Shown here: one piece after another, positions 15,201 through 24,300 of the stretch
Layout: each line of letters starts with the position of its first letter
Numbering within the stretch: position 1 is the stretch's first letter
Source of the DNA: a virus
Taxonomy: Duplodnaviria; Caudoviricetes
Length of the DNA stretch: 34,118 nucleotides
Reading direction: 5' to 3' (one strand)
IMG/VR virus record: IMGVR_UViG_3300025652_000254
Coordinates: 1 to 34,118 of that record
Notes under the pieces: generated by a model
Database searches by the model: none
The model's input: only the letters and a program-made list of their open reading frames with translations
Told to the model about the DNA's origin: nothing
Program-made: the position numbers and the translations under genes

Positions 15201-18017
15201 AATTAACTGTTGGGCTTCACGCTGTGCAGTACCACGTTCTTTGCCCAGCCCGAGGAAGTTAGATACCACGCGGATAAATTCTTGCCAGACACTAAGCGGC
15301 CTACCGTCTGGGTTGATTCGAGCTAGCTCACCTTGGAAGGTGGGGTTAGTAAAGGCTTCAGCGACAAACTCTGCTACGTTCTTAGACCCATAAGAGTTAC
15401 GTAGGTACTCTTTGCTAGCCTCATGCAGCTTTATCAGCTTCTTAGTAGTCGGGTGTGACGGGTTCTTCAGAGTGCTAATCGTTGCAGCGTGCGCCATCTC
15501 GTGCAGTAGGACATACACATCTGTGTAGTCTTTATTCAGTACGATTGTGTTGTCTGCGGTTATGAACCGTCCGTCAACCTGTTTACCGTCTACTGTACCC
15601 AACTGGCTTGGGGGCACGGTCATTATCTTGGTGTCACCAGTGAGTTTAGCCAGACGGCCAGCTACTCGCTTGATGAACTTATCGTCTGACTTGTTAGATA
15701 GCTCTAGTAAGGCTCGACGTAGTTCGTTGTTACGTACCGCACGTTTTACAGTGTCAGGCAGTGAAGCATCCAACACCTCGGTGTAGTCTCTTGGAGGTGC
15801 GTTGAGGACTTGTTCGGATGCGACACGCATAGCGTCTGCTTTACTGAGACCTTCTTCTTTTACGAGCCTGTCTCTTTCTGCACGACGTTCAGCTAAAAGA
15901 CTTTGCTTGTCGGCAGTTTTTTCCTCTGGGGCACGTAGATCTACGTCCGCCGTAGGCTCTTCTACAGTAGGTTCTGCCGGGGCGGGTGTAGGTTCCTTCG
16001 TCAAAACCTCTTTTACGGTAGCTGGTGTGGCTGCGGCAGTGGCGGACATAGCCCGCTCTGCACGGCGTTGGGCGTCCACAGTCTCTTGAGGTATGACTTG
16101 CGTATCTACATCGGCAAGCTGTTCGTTGGCTTTTATACCTTCTTCAGTAACTTTCTGTAGCTTCTTCTCAGCACGAGCCAACTTACGTTGGTTAGCCTGC
16201 GTTGGTTTTACTGTTGCAGCTTCTTCGGCTTTAGCTACTTCAGTTCGGGCTGCGTTAGCCTTGGCTACTGCCGAAGTAACCTTTCGGGCTAGTGCACCAC
16301 GCTGTTTTCTCGTTCCAGAAACAGGTCGTCCAACGCCTCTTCCAGCATCTCCCACTGGTTCTCCGACAAGTGCAGCAGGTTCCACGGTATCCGCACGTCT
16401 TGTAGGGACTCCCACGCCTCGTAGATCAGCTTCATCGCCTGTTCTACTTCTTGCTGCGACAGGTTCTCTTTTGCGCGGGGTAGGTAGATCACGTTGCTCA
16501 CTAGGTACTCCTTCTAGCAATCGGGTAACGCCACGTCGAACCTTTTGAGATTTTAGACGGTTAGCTTCGTTAGTTAGCTCAACCCGGACTTCTGGGTCAT
16601 CTAAGTCTTTACCTATAACACGTCTGCGTATAGCAGCATTCGGCGCAAACCCAGCGGTAGTGAGGTCTTCTTCTGTGACAGGACGCGATTCGGGTGTTGG
16701 TTCTGCTTCTGGCGCTACTGCGGCTCCTTCTGCTACAGCAAGTTCAGTCGGAAATAGGTCAGGCTGTTCTCGTTGAGCAATCTCAGCACGTTCTCTACCT
16801 GTCCGCGCTTCGTCAGATACTGGCTCTTCAGTGATCTGTTGTTCTCTATCACGTAAGTTGGTTCGGTCTAAGGCTTCTTGTCTACCTAACACATCGCCTT
16901 CAGGCGTTACAGCTAACGTCTCACCAGCAATAGTTTCACCTTCTGGTGCAGGTAGACCTCGCAACTGTGGCCCAACACGTTCTGGCTCTAGCCCCGGCAG
17001 TGATATTTGGTCAGGGCTTACTTCGGCTGTACGTTCTTCCTCAAACAGCCTGTCTCGTTCTTCCTGATCTATGTCGTCTATGACTTCATCTATCTCAGGA
17101 GTACGCTCCTCTGCGTCGTCAAACAGTTCAAGTTGCCCTTCGGCTTCAGCTTCTTCAACAGCATCACCAATGGTCTTACCGGCTCTGCGTGGGGCGAACA
17201 GGTCAACAAGACCCTGTAAAATAGCACCGGCTCCAGCGCCTAATGCAGCTTCTTCTGCGGTACCGCCAAACGTCTCAGCAGCAGCGTTGTATTCTTGCTC
17301 GTTAAGATTTTGCAGTATGTTGGATGCAGCTTCCTGTGCACCCTCAAACCCACCTGTCACACCCGCGCTGTAGATACGTTCGCCAATGGTTTCGACCTTC
17401 TCAGGCGGTATCTTGTCAACTAGCTTGTTTAGCGTAGGTAGATCAGCGAACTTAACTACTTTTGCAACGGGGAGTATGTCTAGCAAACCGATTACTGTGC
17501 CCCGTACGGTGGCTTCACCACGTTTTTGCTCTGTAGTATCAGCGGCACGAGCACGCTCACTCGCCTCACCAGCACCGGCAGCACCGGCAGCTAACGCACC
17601 AAGACCCAAAGCCGCAGCACCGGGGGCACCAGCTATACCAGCGGCAACAGGTATAGAAGCAAGGCCAGCAACGGAACCAAGCGCGGAGCTTAGTTTGTAG
17701 GTAATAGATTCTGAGTCACCGCCTTCGGGACGGAAAGACTCCGCAATAGACTGAATACGCTCGCGTGCAGCTAGTTCGCTTTCTTCTTCCAGTGGCGCAG
17801 CGAGACCGAGTGCAGCCATCTCACCTACACCGACAACACCCGCACCGAATCCAGAGGTAATGTCCTCGAATATGCCGGTTTCTCGTGGTGCGCTGGTAGG
17901 GAGAGGGGTAGTACGCCCTACTAAAACACCCCTTAGCGCGTCTACAGCTTCTGTATCCCCAGCAGCTAGAGCGTTGCGGTACGCCCGATAAACTTTCTCT
18001 CTTGGTACTACTGGCAT
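12228..18017 (-). CDS. Large polyvalent internal virion/ejection protein with zincin-like metallopeptidase motif and PLxRFG/LPD-like C-terminal region
   Basis: 1929 aa. Gly/Ala hydrophobic N-terminal segments, LLHEMAH followed by EFVAEAF, YFPLTRTG. Last gene of the structural block. Confidence 0.75.
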   Translation of the reverse strand: MPVVPREKVYRAYRNALAAGDTEAVDALRGVLVGRTTPLPTSAPRETGIFEDITSGFGAGVVGVGEMAALGLAAPLEEESELAARERIQSIAESFRPEGGDSESITYKLSSALGSVAGLASIPVAAGIAGAPGAAALGLGALAAGAAGAGEASERARAADTTEQKRGEATVRGTVIGLLDILPVAKVVKFADLPTLNKLVDKIPPEKVETIGERIYSAGVTGGFEGAQEAASNILQNLNEQEYNAAAETFGGTAEEAALGAGAGAILQGLVDLFAPRRAGKTIGDAVEEAEAEGQLELFDDAEERTPEIDEVIDDIDQEERDRLFEEERTAEVSPDQISLPGLEPERVGPQLRGLPAPEGETIAGETLAVTPEGDVLGRQEALDRTNLRDREQQITEEPVSDEARTGRERAEIAQREQPDLFPTELAVAEGAAVAPEAEPTPESRPVTEEDLTTAGFAPNAAIRRRVIGKDLDDPEVRVELTNEANRLKSQKVRRGVTRLLEGVPSEQRDLPTPRKREPVAARSRTGDEADLRGVGVPTRRADTVEPAALVGEPVGDAGRGVGRPVSGTRKQRGALARKVTSAVAKANAARTEVAKAEEAATVKPTQANQRKLARAEKKLQKVTEEGIKANEQLADVDTQVIPQETVDAQRRAERAMSATAAATPATVKEVLTKEPTPAPAEPTVEEPTADVDLRAPEEKTADKQSLLAERRAERDRLVKEEGLSKADAMRVASEQVLNAPPRDYTEVLDASLPDTVKRAVRNNELRRALLELSNKSDDKFIKRVAGRLAKLTGDTKIMTVPPSQLGTVDGKQVDGRFITADNTIVLNKDYTDVYVLLHEMAHAATISTLKNPSHPTTKKLIKLHEASKEYLRNSYGSKNVAEFVAEAFTNPTFQGELARINPDGRPLSVWQEFIRVVSNFLGLGKERGTAQREAQQLIEDILAPAAKHRGAPLLASMTDPAGVRRVEEGLKDALPKGPIERAKERIVGEYGALTAGQKNTGLKRKILGLLPNNAVEVELERAGVVGVNKVFAAIENQRGGLTTAEQAVRNNLQPIREWAAKQSGETIKAWNNLIYDSTVDQVDPELTPQQAQKRYGNQPVDGTKQLKIDRYKELRAVYNSKMVGAEGRKNYAALRKLYKDQYDQLNDTLQNRIDGLPIAEQAKTNLKNGLYAKMLEATKLEPYFPLTRTGTYFLSVKNPKEGADSAVFAYENAAERFRAAEAYEAEGYGVSTFSPSDKASYEDAPSGSFVSSILGIMKVNKVDPEVQEQITRLFIEYLPESSFAKSLLRRKGTEGYDVDAVEAARTKAFDLARQVERIKNSRLIDNAVQEMLEANPKMADANSPEIEEVKDRARFAVNPPLDSFAKNANRMAFMWTIGFNASSALVNLSQIPLFAYPMLAGKYGFGATRTALSGATKLFMGSPMNKDIATLVGDARTPRSVREALRKGDLNAAREALKDKALPSLDNYYTFSRDKDGRVTYEVRKDLDLDAAQTKELKDLLPLMELASRRGQLNSSFIADTLSTSQAGRKMSKMDAVTNASALMFHEAEVMNRQVTMVAAYKLALKKFDGDKKKAAEEAVRETQLINGGATLETGPRYARESLGRIALMYKAYGIQMYYTMFKSGRQAIENFFPGNDAKSRELRNEALKQLAGVHLSALFFAGVQGLPLYGAVSMLIDMFREDYEEDTDTMLRQYLDSEVLFKGALSEITGVDVSQRVKLTDLLFEADRFNSDPSPEEEIAHLFGGPAWSIYSRGRDGIDKLREGEIERGIEDLMPGAVRNAYKAVIRYPRDEGILTRRGDPIYDDLTAGDLATQLLGFPPVDYTRQADETSTAKRLDIAASAKRRDLLRRYYVAKRFGDREGMRDARRSMREFNKSSAVRRDRQKRITGDTIDRSIRGHETRSAEMHNGTTLSPYMKRTVDSGEGFL
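16289..16501 (-). CDS. Nested same-strand, alternative-frame 70-aa acidic protein
   Basis: SD AGAAGGAG (16508-16515) 6 nt before a GTG. Amphipathic helical sequence. The host frame here is low-complexity R/G/P/A. Confidence 0.6.
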   Translation of the reverse strand: MSNVIYLPRAKENLSQQEVEQAMKLIYEAWESLQDVRIPWNLLHLSENQWEMLEEALDDLFLERENSVVH

Positions 18018-18023
18018 ACGGAC

Positions 18024-19799
18024 TTACTGTGCATACCTATCTACAAGGGCTGTTAAATCAGGATTCACGTCTATGCCGCTTGGAGTTTCGTTACCACTAC
18101 CACTTATTGCACCTATACGCCTCTGAAGGAACTCTTCAAAGTCGTTTATGTTCCCTTTTTCTAGCATTTGATGGAATTGAACAGTCATGGTTTCAAGCCT
18201 TTTTATAGCAGCAGTAACCTCCTCCGGACTATCGGCCATATCAAACCCAGCATCGCCCATAATCTCTTTCTCCATTTCCCTCTTCCCCTGCAAGAACTCA
18301 ACCGCTAGCTGCGTGTAAGCCAGTTCTTTATCCTCTGCTCGTTCCGCTGCGGCACGGCGGTCTTCCATCTGGCTCAAGAACAGTTCGAGCTTAGTCTTAG
18401 CTCCCTGTATGTCGGCATCAAACTTACGATCACCTTCAGCAATAGCCATCTTCACGTCATCCGCTGCGGCACTTTGAACTGCGGCAACAGCGGCTCGCTG
18501 GTCTTTACCCAGAAGCTCAACGGCATCCTGACCCGATTGGATCTGAGAACCTGCTATATCCAGATCAAGCTGAATTTTCTCATTTTCAATACCAAACTGA
18601 TCCGTCAAGTTTTTACGTGCAGCGGCTTCTTGCTGGGTACGCTGATTAAATACGCCTGCGCCGAATCCAGCTAGGGTAGTGCTACCTCGACCCGCAGCAC
18701 CCAGAAGACCCGCTGTAAGGCGCTCTCTACGTAACTTATCAGGGTCTGTTTGTTGCGCTTGTAGGTCTTGCATACGCTGTAGTTGAGACTCTTTCGGCCC
18801 TAACTTACCTTCTTCTCTACCGATAGCGGCTTCAAGAATACCCTTGGTACGGGCTTCAGCGGCTTCTCTAGCTTCTTCACGAGTCCCTTCGGGTTTGACG
18901 CCCATCTCACTCATAAGAGTTCGCGCTATATCCTGACGCTCCGTGCCTACAACAGTAGGTGGAGGTGTAGGTGGAGCTAACCCTAGAGCTTCAAGACCTT
19001 GCCCTTTCGTAGCATCGGGTTCAACTTTGGGGAGTTGGGGAGCTAGTACACCCATACCGCCCATATCAGGTATTGTGCGTTCAGTAGGTGCCGCAGATGG
19101 CTCTGTTTTTGGGGGGCCACCTAACGCTGCTGTAGGGTCGTACTCTTTTGCAAACTGACGTTGCGCTCGACGCGATTCGGCTCCGGGCGCTTTACCCGCT
19201 AACGCTTGTGTTCTAGCAGCAGATTTGGCTTCTTGCGCTCTGACTTTGAGGATGTCTTCTTTAGCCATCTCCCTGTTTCTGGGGTTATCTAATTGGTTGA
19301 ACCGAGCAAGATACTCCCTAATCTCTTCCTCAGATACCGCAGATATTGGCCCTTTACTGCCTTCTTGGAATGCAACAATACCGCCACCAGCCATCATAGC
19401 GGGCTTTTGTGGGGCGTTTGCGGGGGGTCTTTGTGGGCCACCTATAGAGGGTAAACCTTGCTTGGCAGTGCGCTGTACGTTCTGCTGCGCTCTTTTGTTG
19501 ATCTGCCCTAGCGTACCGGCAGTGCGCTGTGCAACGTCGCCTAGCTTTCGGCCTTGCTCTTGCTTAATCATGCCAAGCACTTCTTGCTCACGCTGCTGTG
19601 CAATCGTGGCAGGGTTCTGCTGCATCTGCATCTGCATGTTACGGGCAGCGGCTTCTTTCTCTGTTTTAAGCTGCTGTAGCGCAAGAAGGTCAACTAATTG
19701 CTGACTCTTTTGGTACTGCTGCTGTAGTGCCTGTGGGTTGCCTTGGTACGCTTCTTTCTTACGCTGTACCTGCTCGCCCAAACCTCGTGAATTAAGCAT
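18024..19799 (-). CDS. Putative internal virion (ejection) protein
   Basis: 591 aa, Gln/Ala-rich and helical, with a Gly-rich hydrophobic patch (LTAGLLGAAG..LAGFGAGVF). TAATG coupling. Confidence 0.65.
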   Translation of the reverse strand: MLNSRGLGEQVQRKKEAYQGNPQALQQQYQKSQQLVDLLALQQLKTEKEAAARNMQMQMQQNPATIAQQREQEVLGMIKQEQGRKLGDVAQRTAGTLGQINKRAQQNVQRTAKQGLPSIGGPQRPPANAPQKPAMMAGGGIVAFQEGSKGPISAVSEEEIREYLARFNQLDNPRNREMAKEDILKVRAQEAKSAARTQALAGKAPGAESRRAQRQFAKEYDPTAALGGPPKTEPSAAPTERTIPDMGGMGVLAPQLPKVEPDATKGQGLEALGLAPPTPPPTVVGTERQDIARTLMSEMGVKPEGTREEAREAAEARTKGILEAAIGREEGKLGPKESQLQRMQDLQAQQTDPDKLRRERLTAGLLGAAGRGSTTLAGFGAGVFNQRTQQEAAARKNLTDQFGIENEKIQLDLDIAGSQIQSGQDAVELLGKDQRAAVAAVQSAAADDVKMAIAEGDRKFDADIQGAKTKLELFLSQMEDRRAAAERAEDKELAYTQLAVEFLQGKREMEKEIMGDAGFDMADSPEEVTAAIKRLETMTVQFHQMLEKGNINDFEEFLQRRIGAISGSGNETPSGIDVNPDLTALVDRYAQ

Positions 19800-20707
19800 T
19801 AAGAGACTCCTGTACCTTGTAGTACACCGTCTACGTACGTGTTTCCTTGAGCATCTGTGAATGCTCCTGTGTTGGGTATTATGGGTGGAGTTCCACCACC
19901 GCCGCCACCGCCGCCACCGCCACCACCAAACAGATTAAGAAGTTCACTGACACCCCCCGCACTGCCCAGCATGGTAGATAGTGTACTGGGCTGAGAGTAA
20001 CTGTAGGTTTGCGCTGCAATCGGCAATCCTTGTAGCAGCGACTGCTGGAACTGAACCTGCTTATAAGGGTAATCACGTTCTTCACGGAACTGCGCGTAGT
20101 CTTGCGCTATGCCTTCTTGTTCAATAGCACGTTGTTCAGCCCCGCCAACACGTTGAGCACCTAGCGCCTCTAATCCATACCCTCTATCACGAGCGAACTG
20201 CTCCCGACCTTGTTGATACGCTTGCGAGTAACCTGTTCCACGGATATTTGCTAAGTTCTCTAGTAGCGCACGGTTACCCTCTGCTTCTACTAAACCTAAA
20301 CGAGATCCGCCGAAAGCTCCGGCCTGCTGCATCCTAGCAGCGTTAGCCAACCGCACACGATCCGCTTCACGCTGTGCCGCCTGTAGCTGAGGCTGAAGAG
20401 CTGCTTCTGTATAAGGGTTCATATACTGTTGAGCAGTAGCAGCATCAAATGTAGCGGGGGTGGTGGGTACAGCTAGGCTAGCTAGTCCTGTAAACGCCTG
20501 TTGCTGTACGTCAGATGCTCCAGCAGACAACGGCCCCATGTAGGACTGGTAAGGTTGTTCCGAAAGAGCTTGCCCTCTACCCAGCATTTCTGTGACATAG
20601 GGGCCAGCAAACTCCGCAAGTGCACCTGATCTACCTACTTCTTGACCTACATTCGGATCTGCGGGAACAGTTACATCACCACCAGTGTTATATTTATACA
20701 TAGTCAT
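19799..20707 (-). CDS. Putative DNA transfer/pilot (ejection) protein
   Basis: 302 aa with YMNPY and AGAFGGSR motifs seen in podovirus internal proteins, Gln/Ala-rich, with a Gly12 run. Confidence 0.65.
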   Translation of the reverse strand: MTMYKYNTGGDVTVPADPNVGQEVGRSGALAEFAGPYVTEMLGRGQALSEQPYQSYMGPLSAGASDVQQQAFTGLASLAVPTTPATFDAATAQQYMNPYTEAALQPQLQAAQREADRVRLANAARMQQAGAFGGSRLGLVEAEGNRALLENLANIRGTGYSQAYQQGREQFARDRGYGLEALGAQRVGGAEQRAIEQEGIAQDYAQFREERDYPYKQVQFQQSLLQGLPIAAQTYSYSQPSTLSTMLGSAGGVSELLNLFGGGGGGGGGGGGTPPIIPNTGAFTDAQGNTYVDGVLQGTGVS

Positions 20708-20712
20708 TACCT

Positions 20713-21381
20713 TTATGCAGGTAGCATCTTCTGAGGTTTGATTTGCCTACCCTGTTTCGGGTTACCCGTGCGTTCTTTACGTACTCTGGTCATCATTTGG
20801 TGTAGCTGATTTGCACCGGCATCGGAGTTACCGTTACCTAGATGGCTCACCACATCCGCAGGTATGACAAACTCCCCATCGCTAAGGCGTGCTTCTTGTC
20901 TACCATCAATAGTAGCTGGAATCTTATCAGCCATACCATCCGTAATACCACCTAAGTAGTACCCTTTGTTCATGCCAATAGCACCGCCAGCAGCCATTCC
21001 AGCTAGCCCTTGCGCTTGTGTTTGGGCTTTTTGCCGTGCTTGCTCTACTGTCATAGACTGACGTTCAGGACGGTCAGCGTACTGAACATCACTGAAGTAT
21101 CTTCTACCAGCAGATCCGGGCCTACGGTTAGGGTCTGCCTGCATAGGTACGCGCTCTCGCACGGCCTCATACTCTGGAATGCTTCCTTGGTAGCCAACTA
21201 CAGGCGTTTTAGTGTCCATGATTCCAGTCTTAGTGGCTAAAGCTCCAAGCCCTGCGGTTCCAATAAGACTACCAACATCAGAACGAAAAAAATCACCAAC
21301 GCCCCCTAAAAACGTGTTTTCATTTCCAGTATCGGTAAAAGCACCGGACACGCCAGATGTAAGATCAGTCCACCAGCTCAT
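20713..21381 (-). CDS. Conserved virion-associated protein
   Basis: 222 aa. C-terminal DGMADKIPA...ARLSDGEFVIPADVVSHLGNG motif is recognisable from environmental podovirus proteins. Confidence 0.7.
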   Translation of the reverse strand: MSWWTDLTSGVSGAFTDTGNENTFLGGVGDFFRSDVGSLIGTAGLGALATKTGIMDTKTPVVGYQGSIPEYEAVRERVPMQADPNRRPGSAGRRYFSDVQYADRPERQSMTVEQARQKAQTQAQGLAGMAAGGAIGMNKGYYLGGITDGMADKIPATIDGRQEARLSDGEFVIPADVVSHLGNGNSDAGANQLHQMMTRVRKERTGNPKQGRQIKPQKMLPA

Positions 21382-24300
21382 TAGCTTTCTCCAATAATCC
21401 GTAATAGTTCGTCGTTTGCATCAATTATACCTCCACGTTTACGTCCAAACGGCAGTCTAGGCCGTGTAGTCGGTTGAACTGGCCCTCGTTCGATTGTGCC
21501 GTACGGTGTAGGGAACATAGACGCTCTTTGTTGCGGCCCGAATATACTACCAAAATCATACAGATAGTCGATCTGTGCCAAGGGAGATTGATCTACTGTA
21601 ACTTGTTGTCCTGTTATGTCTGCGGCACCCATGATCTGGCCTAACAGATCCCTACGGCGAGCCTGCTCCCCTTCTTGTGCGATTTGAGTCTGTATTGCCT
21701 GCTGCGACTGCATTTGCTGCTGCATCTGCTGCTGTTGCTGTAGCTCTTGCTGCTGTTGCAGTTCCTGTTGCGTCTGAATCTGTTGCTGTTGTTGCTGCTC
21801 CATCTGACGCTGTAGCGCTTGTTGCGTCTGCTGCTGTGCGGCGTATAGGCCCGTAGGAGCGAACATACTGTCAAGGTCAAACAGTACATCTTGCCCTGTT
21901 CTAGCTTGTTGCAGGAGGTCTAGGTCAGCTTGGTCTACTACACCGTCACCTGTTACGTCATAGGCTAGCTGTTCTTGTGTGTACGTAGCAGGGTCGTTGA
22001 TCGCTTCTTGCTGTGCGATAAGGTCAGCAACAAAGTCAATATCCGCATCAGTCACCTCAGAAGCAGGCTTACCTACAAGCTCCGCTACCGCTTCAATTTC
22101 GGCAGTCAGTGCACCCTCAGCGCCGCTAATTGCACGCAACAAATCAGCTTCAGTTTCACCGATTGCAGCGCGTAGGGACTCTTCAGACTCTCCGATACGT
22201 GTAAGTAAAGTTTCTTCGGTAACGCCAAGCTCGCTAGCAAGGTCGGATATAGAGGTACGCAGTGCCGTATCTCTGTCGGCACCTGCTTGTTCAGCTTCGT
22301 CAATCTTCGTCAGAAGGGTACGTGTTGTGGCGTCAACATCCCCAGACACATCTTCGATAGCTTTAGCTAATGCTTCATCCCGAGAAAGCCCTGCTGCCTC
22401 GTACTCAGCCATCTTGTCGAGGACGTTTGTTTCAAGGCCAGCTACTTCTCCAGATAGGCTTGTCTGTAAATCAGCTAACTCGCCCTTGAAGTCTTCTCGT
22501 ACAGAAAGCTCAGAGTCCGCTATGGCATCTAGTAAGGTTTCTTTTGTTGTACCTAGATCACTAGCAAGCTCGTCAACAGTCTTGGCTAGTGCTTCATCAC
22601 GGGACATCCCCGCTGCTTCGTATTCTGCTACTTTATTAAGTAGGGTCGTCTCAAGGTTAGCTACATCCCCAGACACGTCTTCGATAGCTTTAGTTAGTGC
22701 TTCATCACGAGACAACCCTGCTGCTTCGTATTCCGCTATCTTATCAAGGAGGTTTGTTTCAAGGCTGGCTACGTCACCAGATACATCCGCAACAGCTCTG
22801 GATAGTGCTTCATCACGCGACAACCCTGCTGCTTCGTATTCAGCTACTTTGTTAAGTAGATTTGTCTCAAGGCCAGCTACGTCTCCAGATACATCTTCGA
22901 TAGCTAAAGCTAATGCCTCATCACGGGAAAGCCCCGCTGCTTCGTATTCGGCTATCTTCTCAAGAAGGTTTGTTTCGAGGTTAGCTACATCCCCAGATAA
23001 GCTCGCCTGTAAGTTAGCTAACTCGGTTCCAAAATCTTCTCGTATGGCAAGTTCAGAACCCGCTATCCTGTCTAACAGGCTCTGCTCTGTTGTACCTAAC
23101 TCTGCGGATACATCTGCAACGGACTGCGATAGTGCCTCATCCCGAGAAAGTCCCGCCGCCTCGTACCCCGCTATCTTCTCAAGAAGGTTTGCTTCAAGGT
23201 TAGCTACGTCTCCAGCTAGACTTGCCTGTAAATTGTCTATCTCATCCTTGAACTCTTCCCGTATGGCAGTGTCGGAATTCGCTATTCTGTCTAACAGGTT
23301 CTGCTCTGTTGTACCTAGTTCTCCAGATACATCTGCAATAGACCGCGCTAACGCTTCATCGCGGGAAAGTCCTGCACCCTCATACTCGGCCATCTTCTCA
23401 AGGAGGCTTGTCTCAAGGTTAGATACATCTTCAGATAGAGTTGTTCGTAAGGCAGATAACTCGTTTGTGAAGTCTTCCCGTATGGCGAGATCAGAGTCCG
23501 TTATCCTATCTAGCAGGTTCTGTTCTGTTGTACCTAACTCTCCAGATACATCTTCGATGGCCTTAGCTAGTGCTTCATCACGAGAGAGTCCTGCGTTCTC
23601 ATACTCAGCCATCTTTCCAAGGAGGTTCGCCTCGATGTTGGACATACCTTCGGATAGGTCTGCCTGCAAACTTTCTAGTTCACCCTTGAAGTCTTCTCGT
23701 ATGGCAAGATCGGAGTCCGTTATTCTGTCTAACAGGTTTTGCTCTGTTGTACCTAGTTCTCCAGATACGTCCTCAATAGCTTTGGCTAACGCTTCATCAC
23801 GAGACAGCCCTGCGTTCTCGTACTCGGCCATTTTCCCAAGGAGGTTCGCCTCAAGGTTGGACATTTCCTCAGATAGATTTGTCTTTAGGGTAGTCAACTC
23901 ATTTCTGAAGTCTTCCCGTACGGCAAGTGCAGAGTCCTCTACAACGTCTAACAGGTTTTGCTCTGTTGTGCCTAGCTCTCCCGACACAGCTTCGATAGCT
24001 TGGGCCAGTGCTTCGTCCCGAGAGAGTCCTGCTGCTTCGTATTCAGCTACTCTATCAAGGATGCTTGCCTCAAGATTCGACATATCTCCGAGTAAACTTG
24101 CCTTTAGGCCCGTCAGCTCACCCTTGAAGTCTTCTCGTATAGCAAGTTCGGAATTTGCTATGGTGATTAACAGGTTTTCTTTTGTTGTACCGAGATCACC
24201 GGCAAGGTCGTCAATAGCCTGCGATAATGCCTCATCCCGAGAAAGCCCTGCATTTTCATACTCATTTACTTTATCGAGTATGTTTGCCTCAAGATTCGAC

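Noticed and set aside
19892-19927. Gly12 run as a phase-variation tract
   Set aside because: Mixed GGT/GGC/GGA codons rather than a homopolymer, so most simply a flexible linker.
19879-22303. Other same-strand alternative-frame ORFs (19879-20085, 21641-21889, 22106-22303)
   Set aside because: No convincing SD was seen, and their composition looks like frame-shifted readings of Gln-rich or repeat sequence, unlike the 16289-16501 ORF.
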